64,000 bases of DNA from Macrostomum lignano (lineage: Eukaryota): positions 1 to 64,000 of the forward strand of contig NIVC01001267.1 in NCBI GenBank assembly GCA_002269645.1. Reading direction: 5' to 3'. The translations under genes and the position numbers were made by a program. Positions 33,319 to 47,100 of this stretch are shown one piece after another. Position 1 is the stretch's first letter, and every line of letters starts with the position of its first letter. The notes under the pieces were generated by a model. It was given only the letters and a program-made list of their open reading frames with translations, did no database searches and had not been told where the DNA came from.

Positions 33319-36300
33319 CTGTTCCGCAAAATCTGGGAGCAGATGGCTACTGATCTCCATATGCTTCTCAATAATTGAAACCATTTGAAATGTTTGCAAC
33401 TTGCAGTTTAAAATTGATTTGCAATTCTCTTGCATATTTATTAATTGATTGTACGTCAGATTAGCACTGCTCACCCAGATTAGACCCTTTGCAAATTAGC
33501 ACTTACAGCAGATTAGCACTGCTCTAGAAGACTAACGCAGCCCCAGCAAAAGTATCTTTAAATTTAAGTGTTTAACATCTCCATGAATCTGCATAGGATG
33601 CAATCATTATTGTAACAGGTCACAAAGATAAATTCGCTGCTTCAATGCAGGCTCGAACTGCTGACATCAAAGCATTCTGTTTGCTTCTGCTTGATACTGC
33701 CTGCCTACTGCGGCTATTGTGCCTATTGACATGTGGTCGAAATAATCTAGTTTAGCAACTTCAGCCGTTTGAAGTTAACCCCCGGAAATCGGCATTTATC
33801 CCCACAACAACCTGAAATTATCCCTTCATCTAATCCCGCAAAAAGACTGCAGTTATTTCTTAGCAGCCGGCATTTATCATCCACTTTGCATTTTAAAACT
33901 TTTATTAAAATTAAGAATGCATACCCTCAGCGGCATAGAATTGTCCCCTTAGCCAAAAATATTTCACTTAGCAGCCGCAGAAATCCCCTAAACAACTTGT
34001 ACTTAATCTTCCACAGTAAATATCCACTCAAAACTCAATAGTTAGTTATAAGCCTCAGAAGTCTGCCATTATCCTCTAATTAGTCGGCAGTTTTCCCTCT
34101 CAGCAGTCTGCAGCTATACGCTCATACGTCTGGAGGAACTACCTCAGCAGTTTGCAGTTGTTTCCCCTTTGCAATCTGCAATGATCCCTTCGACAGTCTG
34201 CAGTTCCCCTCAGCAGTCTGCAGTCATTTCATTTTCAGTCTACAACTGTACCATTAACGATTTTCATTCATTCTCTCAGCAGCCTGCAGTTCTCCTCTCG
34301 GCCGGCTCCTCAGTCTCCTCTGCAAACTGCAATTTTCTCAGCATTTTACGGCTCACTAATAAATTTTCGATACATATCGGCAGTTTTGAAAAGCTCAGCA
34401 TTTAGCAGCATTGTCTGCAGTTTAGTAATTTCGTACTTTTATGGAGCTAGACAATACCCATTGATGGGATCAGTTATACTCGAAGCAGTTTTTACAAATC
34501 AAATTTGATTAGTGGCTAGTGCCGAGTAGCAAAAAATGAATTGCTAATTAATAAAAAAAATGTTTCAATTGAAATTAAATAAAAAATGTTTCAATTAGTC
34601 CAGGCACAAGCTATAAATTATTGAATTATTTGAATTTTTATTATCCGCCGGGGAGGCAGACTCGAACCTTGGACCTTACGCCTAGCCTAAACCTAGTCCT
34701 AAGTGCCTACAGTGCGGCTACTCCGCCTATTGATGGGAGGACAACAAAATCAGCCATATATGCTTCAGAACTGCAGTTAAAATACATAGCAGTGATAGGC
34801 TGCTCAGTGTGTAGGCGTGCAGGCGGAGCCAATGCACAGTTGATTGAGTGAAATCTATAAATAGCAATTTTCTATGGAGTCCGCCAGTCAGAGCCAGGGT
34901 CAGAATGTACACACGCAGCCACTGAGCATTTTTTCTCCTTGCACACTGCAACCAGTATTGAAGCTTACACAGTGGAGAGAGAAAAGTTATGGCGCAATCA
35001 TAATTGGAATTGGAATTCAGCCAGTCCAGTCAAGAATTCAAGCTAGTTTGCCCTACCATTAAAAGCATTGGGAAAACTCGTTTTTCGAATATTTGATACC
35101 TTTAGCATTAAAGCCAATTAAAGAAATTTTAACTGTCTTCTTTCCAGATGATTACAAATCTTTTCGTAAAAACGCGATTAAAATTGGTCAATTGGTTCTA
35201 TCTCTAGAACGTTATGCAAATACCAACACAAATTCTCTTCGAGTGAAAGTCACACGAAGCAGCTATGACATAATCAAATACTCAAGCAGTCAGCATCAGT
35301 CTCAATTAAAGTTAGCAATATGGTTACGCAATTTCTGTCTTTCAACTTGGCACAGTGTTTTCAACTTGTTGTGATGCAATCTTTATCAAAATCAGAATTC
35401 AGTCAGTCGGTTTTTTCTCTAGCATTCTTACAGCGCATTTCAAGTCGAAAGAGCTGCTTGACCTTTGCAAAAAAGCATGTTTTTCGAATATTTAATCCCT
35501 TTAGCATTGAAGCAGATTAAAGAAATTTTAACTGTCTTCTTTCCAGACAATTTTGAATCTTTTGGCAAAAACACGATCAAAATCGGTGAAGAATTGCAAT
35601 CTCTAGAGCGTTATGGACATTCAAGCAAGCAAGCATACAAACCTTAGAGATTTAGTATATTTAGATTAGATTAGATTTAGATTAGATTAGAAGACTAGCT
35701 AATTAGAGCTGGCTGCCAGCATCCAGAATAATTTTTTTATTGCCCCCCTTTAAATAGAGCGGAGTGAGTTTTCTTATCAGTTGGCTCTGGCGCAATCAAT
35801 TAAAATTGACTGTGAAGTTTCTCGCTGATAAAATTTGCATTGAAAAAGCCCATTTAAAACAGTTTTTCGAATATTTAATCCCTTTAGCATTGAAGCAGAT
35901 ACAAGAAATTTCAACCGTCTTCTTTCCAGACAATTTTGCATCTTTTGGCGAAAACGCAATCAAAATCGGTCGAGAATTGCGATCTCTAGAGCGTTATGGA
36001 CAAGCATACAAACCTTAGAGATTTAGTATATTTAGAAATAGAAGATTTTTGTATGGTTTTCATTATATTATCATTTTGGAATTTTATTATTATTAGACTA
36101 TAGTGATTTGAATTCTTAATTCAAATAAGGCAAAGCTAAAAACTAAAAATTGCAGTTTAAGGCCCTATTTATATAAATTTTAATGTATTAAAAAAACAAA
36201 AATAAACCTTTTGCACTTTTGTTCAAAAAACCTTTATTTGAAAAAACCTAGCATTTTCAGAGAGCACCATATTTCCAAATTATTGCTAAAATCATTAATA

Positions 36301-36819
36301 TGAGTGACTTAAAAATAAGTTGAATTTTTGGTACTAATATAAATTAATCTGATTCAACATGTTTATATTGATATCTAAATTTCTATGCTATATTCAAAAT
36401 ACTGACATCCAACTTAGGCAGGGCTCTTTGTTACATTATTTTATATCTTAGGTAAAAAAAAGAGATTTAATCAATTAAGTTTTGATTGAGAAAAAGTCTA
36501 AATATTGAATATCAATTGCAAGATTGAGATCTTATCTATTCTTTTTGACTCTTCTATTTGAATCTAATCTTATAATGCACTAAACAAAGTTTTGCCAAGT
36601 CTAAACATATGTTATAAATAATTAAATTATAAAAAAACATTTTTTTTTCATTTTATTTGTTTGCAAATGACATTTATCATTGGTAGATTGGTAGAATCTT
36701 GTGTTTTTTAAATATATATAAGGAATTTTTATGAATTCTTCCACTATAATGAATATTCAAATATTTGTTTACTTAATTCATATTTTGTTTACATGTTATT
36801 ATCAGTACTCAATATTTGC

Positions 36820-37482
36820 CCCTATTGGAATAAGTTTAAAAAACCCGCGGATGCCCAACACGGGTGCCAAAATTGTGCCCTCAAAAGCACGGCGTGACAC
36901 CAAATTTTGTTGACTGGGGGGCGGCGACGCGCGACGCAACACCGATGTCTGTTGACCGAATGACTGGGGGGGGGGGGAGGACGCCACAGCAGCCACGTTG
37001 CAATTGACAATTCCTGTTCTGCCGTTCACTCCTGACACCGAGACCATGGGGCGAGGGACGAGAGTATTCCTTTCAATTTTGCGGAAAAAGAAATTTAAAA
37101 ACAATAAACACAGTAAAACAACAAAGGTACAACACTTAGAAAAACAGCGCACGCATTGTAACTAACAAGTAACATTTCTAAAAATTATACTTGAAGTAGT
37201 AGTTACTTTACCATCAAAATAAAAAAGAACAATTCAAGAACTTAATAAACATGTTTGAAACATTTAAATACGAGAAACAACTGTGAACATATTACAATGA
37301 AACACAGTTTGCAAGGTTTTGGCTACATGTCCAGGCCGCGACGCGACGCATGACGACACCAGGTTTCCAGTGTCGCGCGACGCGACACACCACTTGACAC
37401 CACTGTCGCGCGACGTGACACCAGGAGAATCCGAAAATGCGACGGACAGTCGTCCACGTTTTGTCAACTTATTCCAATAGGG
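36820..37482. mobile_element. Non-autonomous TIR element with 8-bp TSD
   Basis: 17-bp TIR CCCTATTGGAATAAGTT; TSD ATATTTGC (36812-36819 and 37483-37490); subterminal GACGC/GACAC repeats. Confidence 0.8.
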
Positions 37483-38130
37483 ATATTTGCAAAAGTGTAT
37501 ATTTAAACATAGTATAATGTTAGCAACTAGAAAACAATTTGTGGGTTTTATATTGCACAAATTCTACAAATCTTCATGTATAACTTATATAGATCTGCAT
37601 TTTTTTTAATTTAAGTGCAAAATTATGATGTTTTAGTAAGAAGTCAAGGCTCAGCCTCAAAGGGTATTATTAAAATGCTGTGGCTCATGAGAGTTGCTCA
37701 GATGCTTTGAACCAAAGCTCATAGGGGATCTCAGGGGATCTTTTGTTTCTTTATTGCCTTTGAATTGTGAATAACTAGTAAGCTACAACTTGAAATGAGG
37801 CTTTAATGCTGAAGCTCACAAGGGGATGCTGATATCTTAGGCTGGACAGCTGTCATTCAAAGCAATGCTTTTCTGCTTTAAACATCATTTTTTAGGATTC
37901 TGATAATTAAATAATTGAGGCCATGTGGCAACCCCCCCCCCAGTTCTTGGACTGAACAGCTGTCTACAGATGCAATCAATTATTAATATTTATCATAGTC
38001 AAATTAAAAGAAAAGTCCACACACTTAGAAATTTGAAAACATATTTTTCTTTTTTTAAACAATCTGATTGCCCTATCAAATCTGCATGGATTTCACTTTC
38101 ACAATTGACCTTTATTCTTCTATAAAACGC

Positions 38131-41100
38131 ATGCCAAAAGCAGACACAGAAATGACTGGCAGTATAGCAGCTAGCCATATTGAACAGCAGCTTTATGAGC
38201 TGTGCTCTGATCACGTACGCAAATCTTCCCCAGACTGCTCCAATGCTCTGGCTAAACTGATGCAACAGCATCAGCAGTCTGAGAGCACTCTGTCTTCTAT
38301 TAATTTCGAGAGCCTGCTAGCTGACGCTTTAAGCGTAGTAGACTTAGAAACTACTCTGAAATCGCAGAATTCTCCAGAGAGGCAACGCCTGCTAGCTTTG
38401 ATTCGCCAGTGTCAGTCAATGCAGCTCACTGTTGAACCGTTGTTAAAAGAACGACTAACTGACGAGACGCTGGAAGAGCTCGACATCATAGCTAGTAAGC
38501 AAGCGTTTCAAAGTCGCTACGTTAAACTGAAGACTCGGCTGTTCTATAAACAGCAGAAATTTAATCTTCTACGCGAAGAGAATGAAGGCTTTGCTAAGCT
38601 GATTGTTGAGCTGGGCGCTCTGGCTAGCGGTGAGCAGACACCCGAGAGTGCTCTGCCTCGGTTGCAGGTAAGTTGCGGCTTTAATGTATTTGCATTTATA
38701 TATTCACTTTTAATGATGTAACTTCTCAGAATCGGGATCTCGGAAGCTGGATCTCGGAAGCTGGATCTCAGAATCGGGATCTTGGAAGCTGGATCTCACT
38801 CTCAGAATCGGGATCTTGGAAGCTGGATCTCAGAATCGGGATCTCGGAAGCGGGATCTCAAAATCGGGATTTTAGAAGCTGGATCTCAGAATCAGGATCT
38901 CGGAAGCTGGATCTCAGAATCGGGATATTGGAAGCTGGATCTCACTCTCAGAATCGGGATCTCAGAATCTGGATCTCGGAAGCTGGATCTGAGAATCGAG
39001 ATCTCGGAAGCTGGATCTCAGAATCGGGATCTCGGAATCAGGGTCTCGGAATCGGGATCTCAGAATCGGGATCTCAAAATCGGGAGCTCGGAATCAGGAT
39101 GTCGGAATTGGGATCTCGGAAGCTGGATCTCAGAATCGGGATCTCGGAATCGGGGATCTCACAATCGATGAGGGAGATTTATTTTAGAATCGAGATCTCA
39201 GAATCATGTCTTAGAATCGAAACTCAAAATCAGGATTTCAGAGTCTAGATATCGAAAGCGGGATTTCGGAATCGTTATCTCAGACTCGGGATCTCAAAAT
39301 CGAATCGAATTGAACTCGGCAATTCCGCCCCATCCCCACAGGCCTTAATCGGGTGCTTCGACTTAGACCCGAACCGAGTCCTGGACCTGGTCCTTGACGC
39401 TTGCGAAGTTCGTTCAGACGAGGCTGAACAACTGCTGGACATGGTCAGACTCTACAGGCCCAACCCGGCCGACCTCTGCCAACTGCTGGGTCACAAGTTC
39501 ACCTTTTATCAGGGCGCTGCAACCCCTACCGGACTGTACAGAGTCTGCGCTGCGGCTGTGAAATCCAAACTGGCCGAACTGCGACTGCTGCTGCCTCACC
39601 TGTGGCCGAGCATGTCCGAGATGGAGCCATTGCTGACACAGCAGCTTCAAGAGGCTAAGAAATATGCTAGGAAAGCGGCGGCCAGTGCGCCTCTCTTGGA
39701 CGCTGCGGCGCTTGATGTCAATCTGGATCAGGTTGGTGGCTGGCTCTTGTTCTCGGTGTAATGTTGAACGTTACAGGCATACTTGGCCTTGAGAGAGTTT
39801 CAATTTCGCTATTTTTCGGTGCAGAAAGCTTTTTAAAAATATTAATAATAATTAACCCTGTATCCGTAGAAACGTCTTCAAACCCGTCACAGATCGCCCT
39901 TATCTTAGAATCGCCCTTATCTTAGAATCGCCCTTATCTTAGAATCGCCCTTATCTTAGAATCGCCCTTACCTTAGAATCGCCCTTATCTTAGAATCGCC
40001 CCTATCTTAGAATCGCCCCTATCTTAGAATCGCCCTTATCTTAGAATCGCCCTTACCTTAGAATCGCCCTTACCTTAGAATCGCCCTTATATTAGAATCG
40101 CCCTTACCTTAGAATCGCCCTTATCTTAGAATCGCCCTTACCTTAGAATCGCCCTTATCTTAGAATCGCCCTTATCTTAGAATCGCCCCTATCTTAGAAT
40201 CGCCCCTATCTTAGAATCGCCCTTATCTTAGAATCGCCCTTACCTTAGAATCGCCCTTACCTTAGAATCGCCCTTATATTAGAATCGCCCTTATCTTAGA
40301 ATCGCCCTTACCTTAGAATCGCCCTTATCTTAGAATCGCCCCTATCTTAGAATCGCCCTTACCTTAGAATCGCCCTTATCTTAGAATCGCCATCCCTCAT
40401 CTTAGATCTGAGAATTGCCCTCCCTCATCTGAGAATCGCCCTGTTTAATATAAGAGTCCCCTGTCTCAACTGAGAATCGCCCTGTCTCAACTGAGAATCG
40501 CCCTGTCTCATCTGAGAATCGCCCTGTCTCAACTGAGAATCGCCCTGTTTCATCTGAGAATTGCCCTGTCTCAGCTGAGAATCGCCCTGTTTCATCTGAG
40601 AATTGCACTGTCTCAGCTGAGAATCGTTCTGTCTCATCTAAGAATCGCCCTGTCTCATCTGAGAATCGCCCTGTCTCATCTAAGAATCGCCCTGTCTCAT
40701 CTGAGAATTGCCCTGTCTCAGCTGAGAATCGCCCTGTTTCATCTGAGAATTGCCCTGTCTCAGCTGAGAATCGCCCTGTTTCATCTGAGAATTGCACTGT
40801 CTCAGCTGAGAATCGCCCTGTTTCATCTGAGAATTGCCCTGTCTCAGCTGAGAATCGCCCTGTCTCATCTGAGAATTGCCCTGTCTGAGCTGAGAATCGT
40901 TCTGTCTCATCTGAGAATCGCCCTGTCTCATCTGAGAGTTGCCCTGTCTGAGCTGAGAATCGTTCTGTCTCATCTGAGAATCGCCCTGTCTCATCTAAGA
41001 ATCGCCCTGTCTCATCTGAGAATCGCCCTGTCTCATCTGAGAATCGCCCTGTCTCATCTGAGAATCGCTATGTCTCATCTGAGAATCGCCCTGTCTCATC

Positions 41101-44100
41101 TGAGAATCGCCCTGTCTCAACTGAGAATCGCCCTGTCTCAGCTGAGAATCGCTATGTCTCAACATGGCCCTTCAGCTCGAATCGGCCTGAAAGGTGATAA
41201 TTACCAGTCCCCCATTTGAAACTCGCTCCCAATTTCCTTCACTATCCAGCTCGCAGTCCCCGGCTTCCGACCAAGTCAGCCGACTCAGCCGATGGCGCCG
41301 CCGCTGATGCAGCAGTCAGAGCAGCACCAGCAGCAGCACACAACCGGAGCGACACCTTCAACGGCCATCGATTTAGACGCCGCAGATTCCTCGTCAGCGG
41401 CTGCTGCTGACCCAGACCCGGAATCCAACCTGGTGGCCGGTAGCGCCGTGGCCGACCTACTGCAAGGCCCGGCCGGCGCCCAGTTTGCTCACAATCAGCT
41501 GCTAGGCCTGGCCGAAGCCCTATTAGAGGCTGGCGACTTCAATAGCGCTCGAGTATTATTGGATAAATTCCCGTCGGGCATAGCCGGCTGTCACCCGGCA
41601 TTGAACCGGCGGCTCTGCACTATCGGTCACGCCGTCATTGAGTCCGCCTACGCTACCGTCTGCCGGCTGCCCGCTTGCGTTCGCTCGCACCGGGCTCCTA
41701 TTGCTGTCGCCGATCATCTGTTGAGCTCGGCTGAGCCTGGCGAAGCTTTGAAGAATGTTGCTCAGCTATTGTCTTATCTGGGACCGGCTGTGTGCTTGGA
41801 TTCAGCACTGGTTGCTAAGCTGTGCCGCTTGGCTGAGGCTTTCCTAGCTGCCAGAGCTAAGGCTGGGCAGTCCGCTGTTATTGATGGCGCTTTTCAGGTA
41901 GCTTTTGGGTATTTTGTCTGTTCACTCCCTGCACCTGTCTGTTCACTCTCTGCACCTGTCTGTTCACTCCCTGCACCTGTCTTTTCACTCCCTGCGACTG
42001 TCTGTTCACTCTCTGCAACTGTCTGTTCACTCTCTGCATCTGTCTGGTCACTCTTTGCATCTGTCTGTTCACTCTCTGCATCTGTCTGTTCACTCTTCAT
42101 CTGTCTGTTCACTCCCTGCACCTGTCTGTTCACTCTCTGCAACTGTCTGTTCACTCTCTGCAACTGTCTGTTCACTCTCTGCATCTGTCTGGTCACTCTT
42201 TGCATCTGTCTGTTCACTCTTCATCTGTCTGTTCACTCCCTGCACCTGTCTGTTCACTCCCTGCACCTGTCTGTTCACTCTCTGCAACTGTCTGTTCACT
42301 CTCTGCAACTGTCTGTTCACTCTCTGCATCTGTCTGTTCACTCCCTGCACCTGTCTGTTCACTCCCTGCACCTGTCTGTTCACTCTCTGCACCTGTCTGT
42401 TCACTCCCTGCACCTGTCTGTTCACTCCCTGTACCTGTCTGTTCACTCCCTGCGACTGTTCACTCTCTGCGACTGTTCACTCTGCATCTGTCTGTTCACT
42501 CTGCAACTTCTGTCACCCCCTATTTATTTTACTCTCTTGTGTCACCCGTCTGTCACTCTCTTGTGCTATCTATCTTTCACTCTTGTGTCATCCATCTGTC
42601 ACTCTTTTGTGTCATCCATCTTTCATTCTTGTTTCATCCATCTGTCACTCTTGTATCACCCGTCTGTTCACTCTTTTGTGTCATCCATCTTTCACTCTCT
42701 TGTGTCAGCAGCGCATTCAATCCACGCGCATGCACAGGCCGTGTTCAACCTGCTAGACGAGTGCATCCTGCCGGCGCTCAGTCTCAGCGAAGCTAATTGC
42801 CCTCTGGGCGAGCTGGTCTGGTCTCTGGTTCGCCATCTGCCATTCGATCTCCGCTACCGACTCTACGGCCAGTGGAAGGCAGCGGAGGCGCCAGGCATGC
42901 ACCCGGCCATGATCCGGCGCCGGGCTGAGGTCACCGGACGGGCCAAGTAAGCTTCTCGATTCCGAATCCGTAGGTCCCGATTCCGAATCCATAAGTCCCG
43001 ATTCCGAATCTATAAGTCCCGATTCCGAATCCATAAGTCCCGATTCCGAATCCGTAAGTCCCGATTCCGAATCTATAAGTCCCGATTCCGAATCCATAAG
43101 TCCCGATTCCGAATCCGTAAATCCCGATTCCGAATCCATAAGTCCCGATTCCGAATCCATAAGTCCCGATTCCGAATCTATAAGTCCCGATTCCGAATCC
43201 GTAAGTCCCGATTCCGAATCTATAAGTCCCGATTCCGAATCTGTAAGTCCCGATTCCGAATCCGTAAATCCCGATTCCGAATCCGTAAATCCCGATTCCG
43301 AATCCGTAAATCCCGATTCCGAATCCGTAAATCCCGATTCCGAATCCAAAAGTCCCGATTCCGAATTCTTAAATCCCGATTCCGAATCCATAAGTCCCGA
43401 TTCCGAATCCGTAAGTCCCGATTCTGAATCTGTAAGTCCCGATTTCGAATCCATAAGTCCCGATTCCGAATCTATAAGTCCCGATTCCGAATCTGTAAGT
43501 CCCGATTCCGAATCTGTAAGTCCCGATTCCGAATCCGTAAATCCCGATTCCGAATTCTTAAATCCCGATTCCGAATCCATAAGTCCCGATTCCGAACCCA
43601 GAAATCCCAATCCTGAGCCCAGAAATCCCAATCCTGAGCCCAGAAATCCCAATCCTGAGCCCAGAAATCCCAACTCCAGAATCACAATCGGAAAGTCATA
43701 AATCGAAGTCATAAATCACAAACCGAAGCCCTATTAATGAATTGGCTACATTTTGCAGATACGTGATGAAGCGTCTAACCAAGGACAACGTGAAACAGCA
43801 GGGACGGCAGCTGGGCAAGCTCAGCCACTCGAACCCTGGCCCACTATTCGAAGTAGTGATCGAGCAGATCACCCGCTACGACAATCTGGTTACACCAGTT
43901 GTGGACTCATTTCGCTACCTGAACAGTCTCGGTCTCGATGTACTTGCCTATTGCATTATCGAAGCTCTGGCTGACAGCTCAGAGGACAGTCCAAGACTGC
44001 TCACACTGAGCACATTCGTTGGCGCTATGTGTAAGAAGTACACATTCGATTTGGCCGGCTGCTTTCAGTACGCCTTGAATCAGTTGAAGAACAAGCGCTG

Positions 44101-47100
44101 CGCCGATCTGCTGTTGGTGCGCGAAATTCTGCACAAAATGACCGGCATTGAAGTGTCAGAGGAGGTCACGGAGGAGCAGTTGGAAGCTATGCTGGGCGGC
44201 GAACTGCTCAGAGTTGAGGGCGGATATTTCTCTCAGGTATGGGGTGATTAGTGTTATGGCTCTCAAATATTTACTTGAATTTACTACTGCTAAATCATTT
44301 GTATAAATTTAATTCTCAAAATCATTTATTTCAATCAGCTCCTAAAAATTTTTTCATAGAATTAGACTCTCCATACTTAGGAATTAGTCCCTCGAAATTC
44401 ATTTCTTGGAATTGATACCTCAATGTAAATCATTTCTTAGAATTAGTACCTTAATGAAAATCATTTCTTAGAATGAGTCTCTCAAAATTAATTTCTTAGA
44501 ATTAGTCCCTCAAAAATCATTTCTTAGAATTGATACCTCAATGAAAATCATTTCTTAGAATTGGTACCTCAATAAAAATCTTTTCTAAGGAATTTGGCCC
44601 TCAAAAATCATTTCTTAGAATTGATACCTCAATGAAAATCATTTCTTAGAATTGGTACCTCAATAAAAATCTTTTCTAAGGAATTTGGCCCTCAAAAATC
44701 ATTTCTTAGAAATGGCCCTCAACAAAAATCATTTCTTAGAATTTGCTTCTTCAAACAAACAAAATAGACGCATCCAAACTCATCCAGGTGCGCAACACAA
44801 AGAAGTCCAGCAGCCGACTAAAAGAGCTGCTGATGGAGCACGGCCTTGTACTGCCATTTGTATTCCTGCTGGCTCAGCAGCGCGACTGCGTTGTGTTCAA
44901 CGGCGAACCAACCGAGCGTCACGTGAAACAGTGCGGCCGGCTGTACGACAACTGCCAGGACGTGCTCATACAGTTCGGCATATTCCTGTCGCTGCAGCTA
45001 TCTACTGACGAGTTTGTAGCCCAGTGCCCTAGCATCGATCAGCTGATCAACGTCTATCACGTGCCAGCTGATGCCGCCTTCTACCTGTTGAGAAGCGGCT
45101 TTGCTCACACTATTAACCAGCTGTGCGACAGGAAGCTGAGGGCTGGAAAGAGGGAAGCTGCGGCTTCTGCTGCTGCTGCATCGGCTGAATCGGCTGACGG
45201 TGGCGGCGACAGTGAGTTAGAGTTGGGGATGGTGGAGCCCTGAGTCTCACCCCTATAGTGCCTGAACCTCACCCTCTTGTGCCTGAATCTCATCCCTCTT
45301 GTGCCTGAATCTCATCCCTCTTGTATGAATCTCACCCCTCTTTTTGTCTGAATCTCACCCCTCTTATGCCTGAATCTCACCCCTAGTGCCTGAATCTCAC
45401 CTCTCTTGTATCTGAGTCTCACCCCTCTTTTGCCTGAATCTCACAATTCTTGTATCTGAATCTCACCCCTATAGTGCCTAAATCTCACCCCACTTGTATC
45501 TGAGTCTCACCCCTATATAGTGCCTGAAATCTCACCCCTCTTGTGCCTGAATCTCACCCCTATAGTGCCTGAATCTCACCTCTCTTGTATCTGAGTCTCA
45601 CCCCTCTTTTGCCTGAATCTCAACGTTCTTGTATCTGAATCTCACCCCTATAGTGCCTAAAATGTCACCCGTCTTGTATCTGAATCTCACCCCGCTTGTG
45701 CCTGAATCTCACTATAGTGCCTGAAATCTCACCCCCCCGTATAAAACGGGAATGGTCACAAATAGGGGCTGTGACCGTTTTTGTAACCGTCATGGTCACC
45801 GGTTACCATTTGTGTCCATATTTTGTGACCGTTTTGTTCCGGGTCATCATGTTACACCGTTCAATGTGACTATATAGTGCCTAAGTCAATATTTCAGCTC
45901 CGTATCAATCATACATGCGCAACCTCCAAATTTTGGTCGGCCATGCGACTTAGTTTTAACAAAAATGCGACGTAGTTTTTGGCCAAAAATGCGACTTACA
46001 TGTAAAAAACCCGAAAGCAAAAGTAACGCAACTTTGGGTAAACGGCAGGAGTAACTATGACTGTCTTATAAAGCCAAAATGCCTCGTCAGCTACTTAGTA
46101 CTACTACTCCGTGTTTTTTCGGGTTGGCATTTTTGCGACTTCCTTGGTTGGCCGCCAAATCGGTCGGCCGGATCGGCCGACTCGGCCGACTGTTGCGCAT
46201 GTATGGTATCAATTTAAACAAAATAAACTCTCCCCTTTGAAAAACTCACGTCTACTAAAAGTAGTCCTCTAGCATTTTTGTACTGATGCTTGTTCGTCCG
46301 CCCTTCCCGCAGAAGGCCCAGCCCAGGACGCTCAATCTGTGGACCCGCTAGAAATCACCTCATTCGTTGACGCCTCCGTGGAGGTTACCCGCGAGGTTTC
46401 CGAGAAAGTTCGCGGCCTCTATCCTAAAAAAGTTTGGGACGATCTGAACATCGAATTCTTTGTCACATTCTGGACGCTGCAATGCTGCGATTTGGAGGTG
46501 CCTAAAGAGGCCTACAAGCGGCAGAGGCAGGCGATTGAAACTCAGCTCAAATCGGTGGAGGACAATGCCGCCATGCAGACCAATAAGAAGAAGAAGGAGA
46601 AGGAGCGTCTTCAGGTGAGACTGGTCATTAGTGTCTTAGTGTCTGCCAGTGTCTGTCATAGTGTCTGTTTTAGTGCCTGCCATAGTATCTGCCATTGTGT
46701 CTGCCATTGTGTCTGCCATAGTATCTTCCATTGTGTCTGCCATAGTGTCTGCCATAGTGTCTTCCATTGTGTCTGCCATAGTGTCTTCCATAGTGTTTTC
46801 CAGTGTCCTCCATAGTGTCTGCCATAGTGTCTTCCATAGTGTCTGCCAGTGTCTGTCATAGTGTCTGTTTTAATCCCTGCCATAGTGTCTGCCTTAGTGT
46901 CTTCCATAGTGTCTGCCATAATGTCTGCCATAGTGTCTGCCATAGTGTCCGCCATAGTGTCTTCCATAGTGTCTTCCATAGTGTCTGCCATAATGTCTGC
47001 CATAGTGTCCGCCATAGTGTCTTCCATTCTGTCTGCCATAGTGTCTGCCATAGTGTCTGCCATTGTGTCTGTCATAGTGTCTGTTTTAATCCCTGCCATA

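Larger units (their letters stand above)
26912..36050. mobile_element. Cluster of Helentron/DINE-1-like non-autonomous repeats with internal minisatellites
   Basis: Repeated ACTAG...CCCCC-G-(T/C)TGGGGAGC heads (26912, 30370). Tails of the form CAAAATCGGT...ACAGACAGAC or CATACAAAC...TTAGTATAT (30300-30370, 35570-35700, 35955-36050). 29960-30230 is duplicated at 35245-35510. Family assignment is by resemblance. Confidence 0.45.

Noticed and set aside
34640-34730. Possible tRNA on the minus strand (GGTTCGAGTC B-box)
   Set aside because: No convincing cloverleaf or acceptor stem; more likely a decayed SINE head.
42753-43712. 319-aa minus-strand DSESG-repeat ORF
   Set aside because: Antisense reading of the intron 4 21-bp repeat; no independent gene signals.
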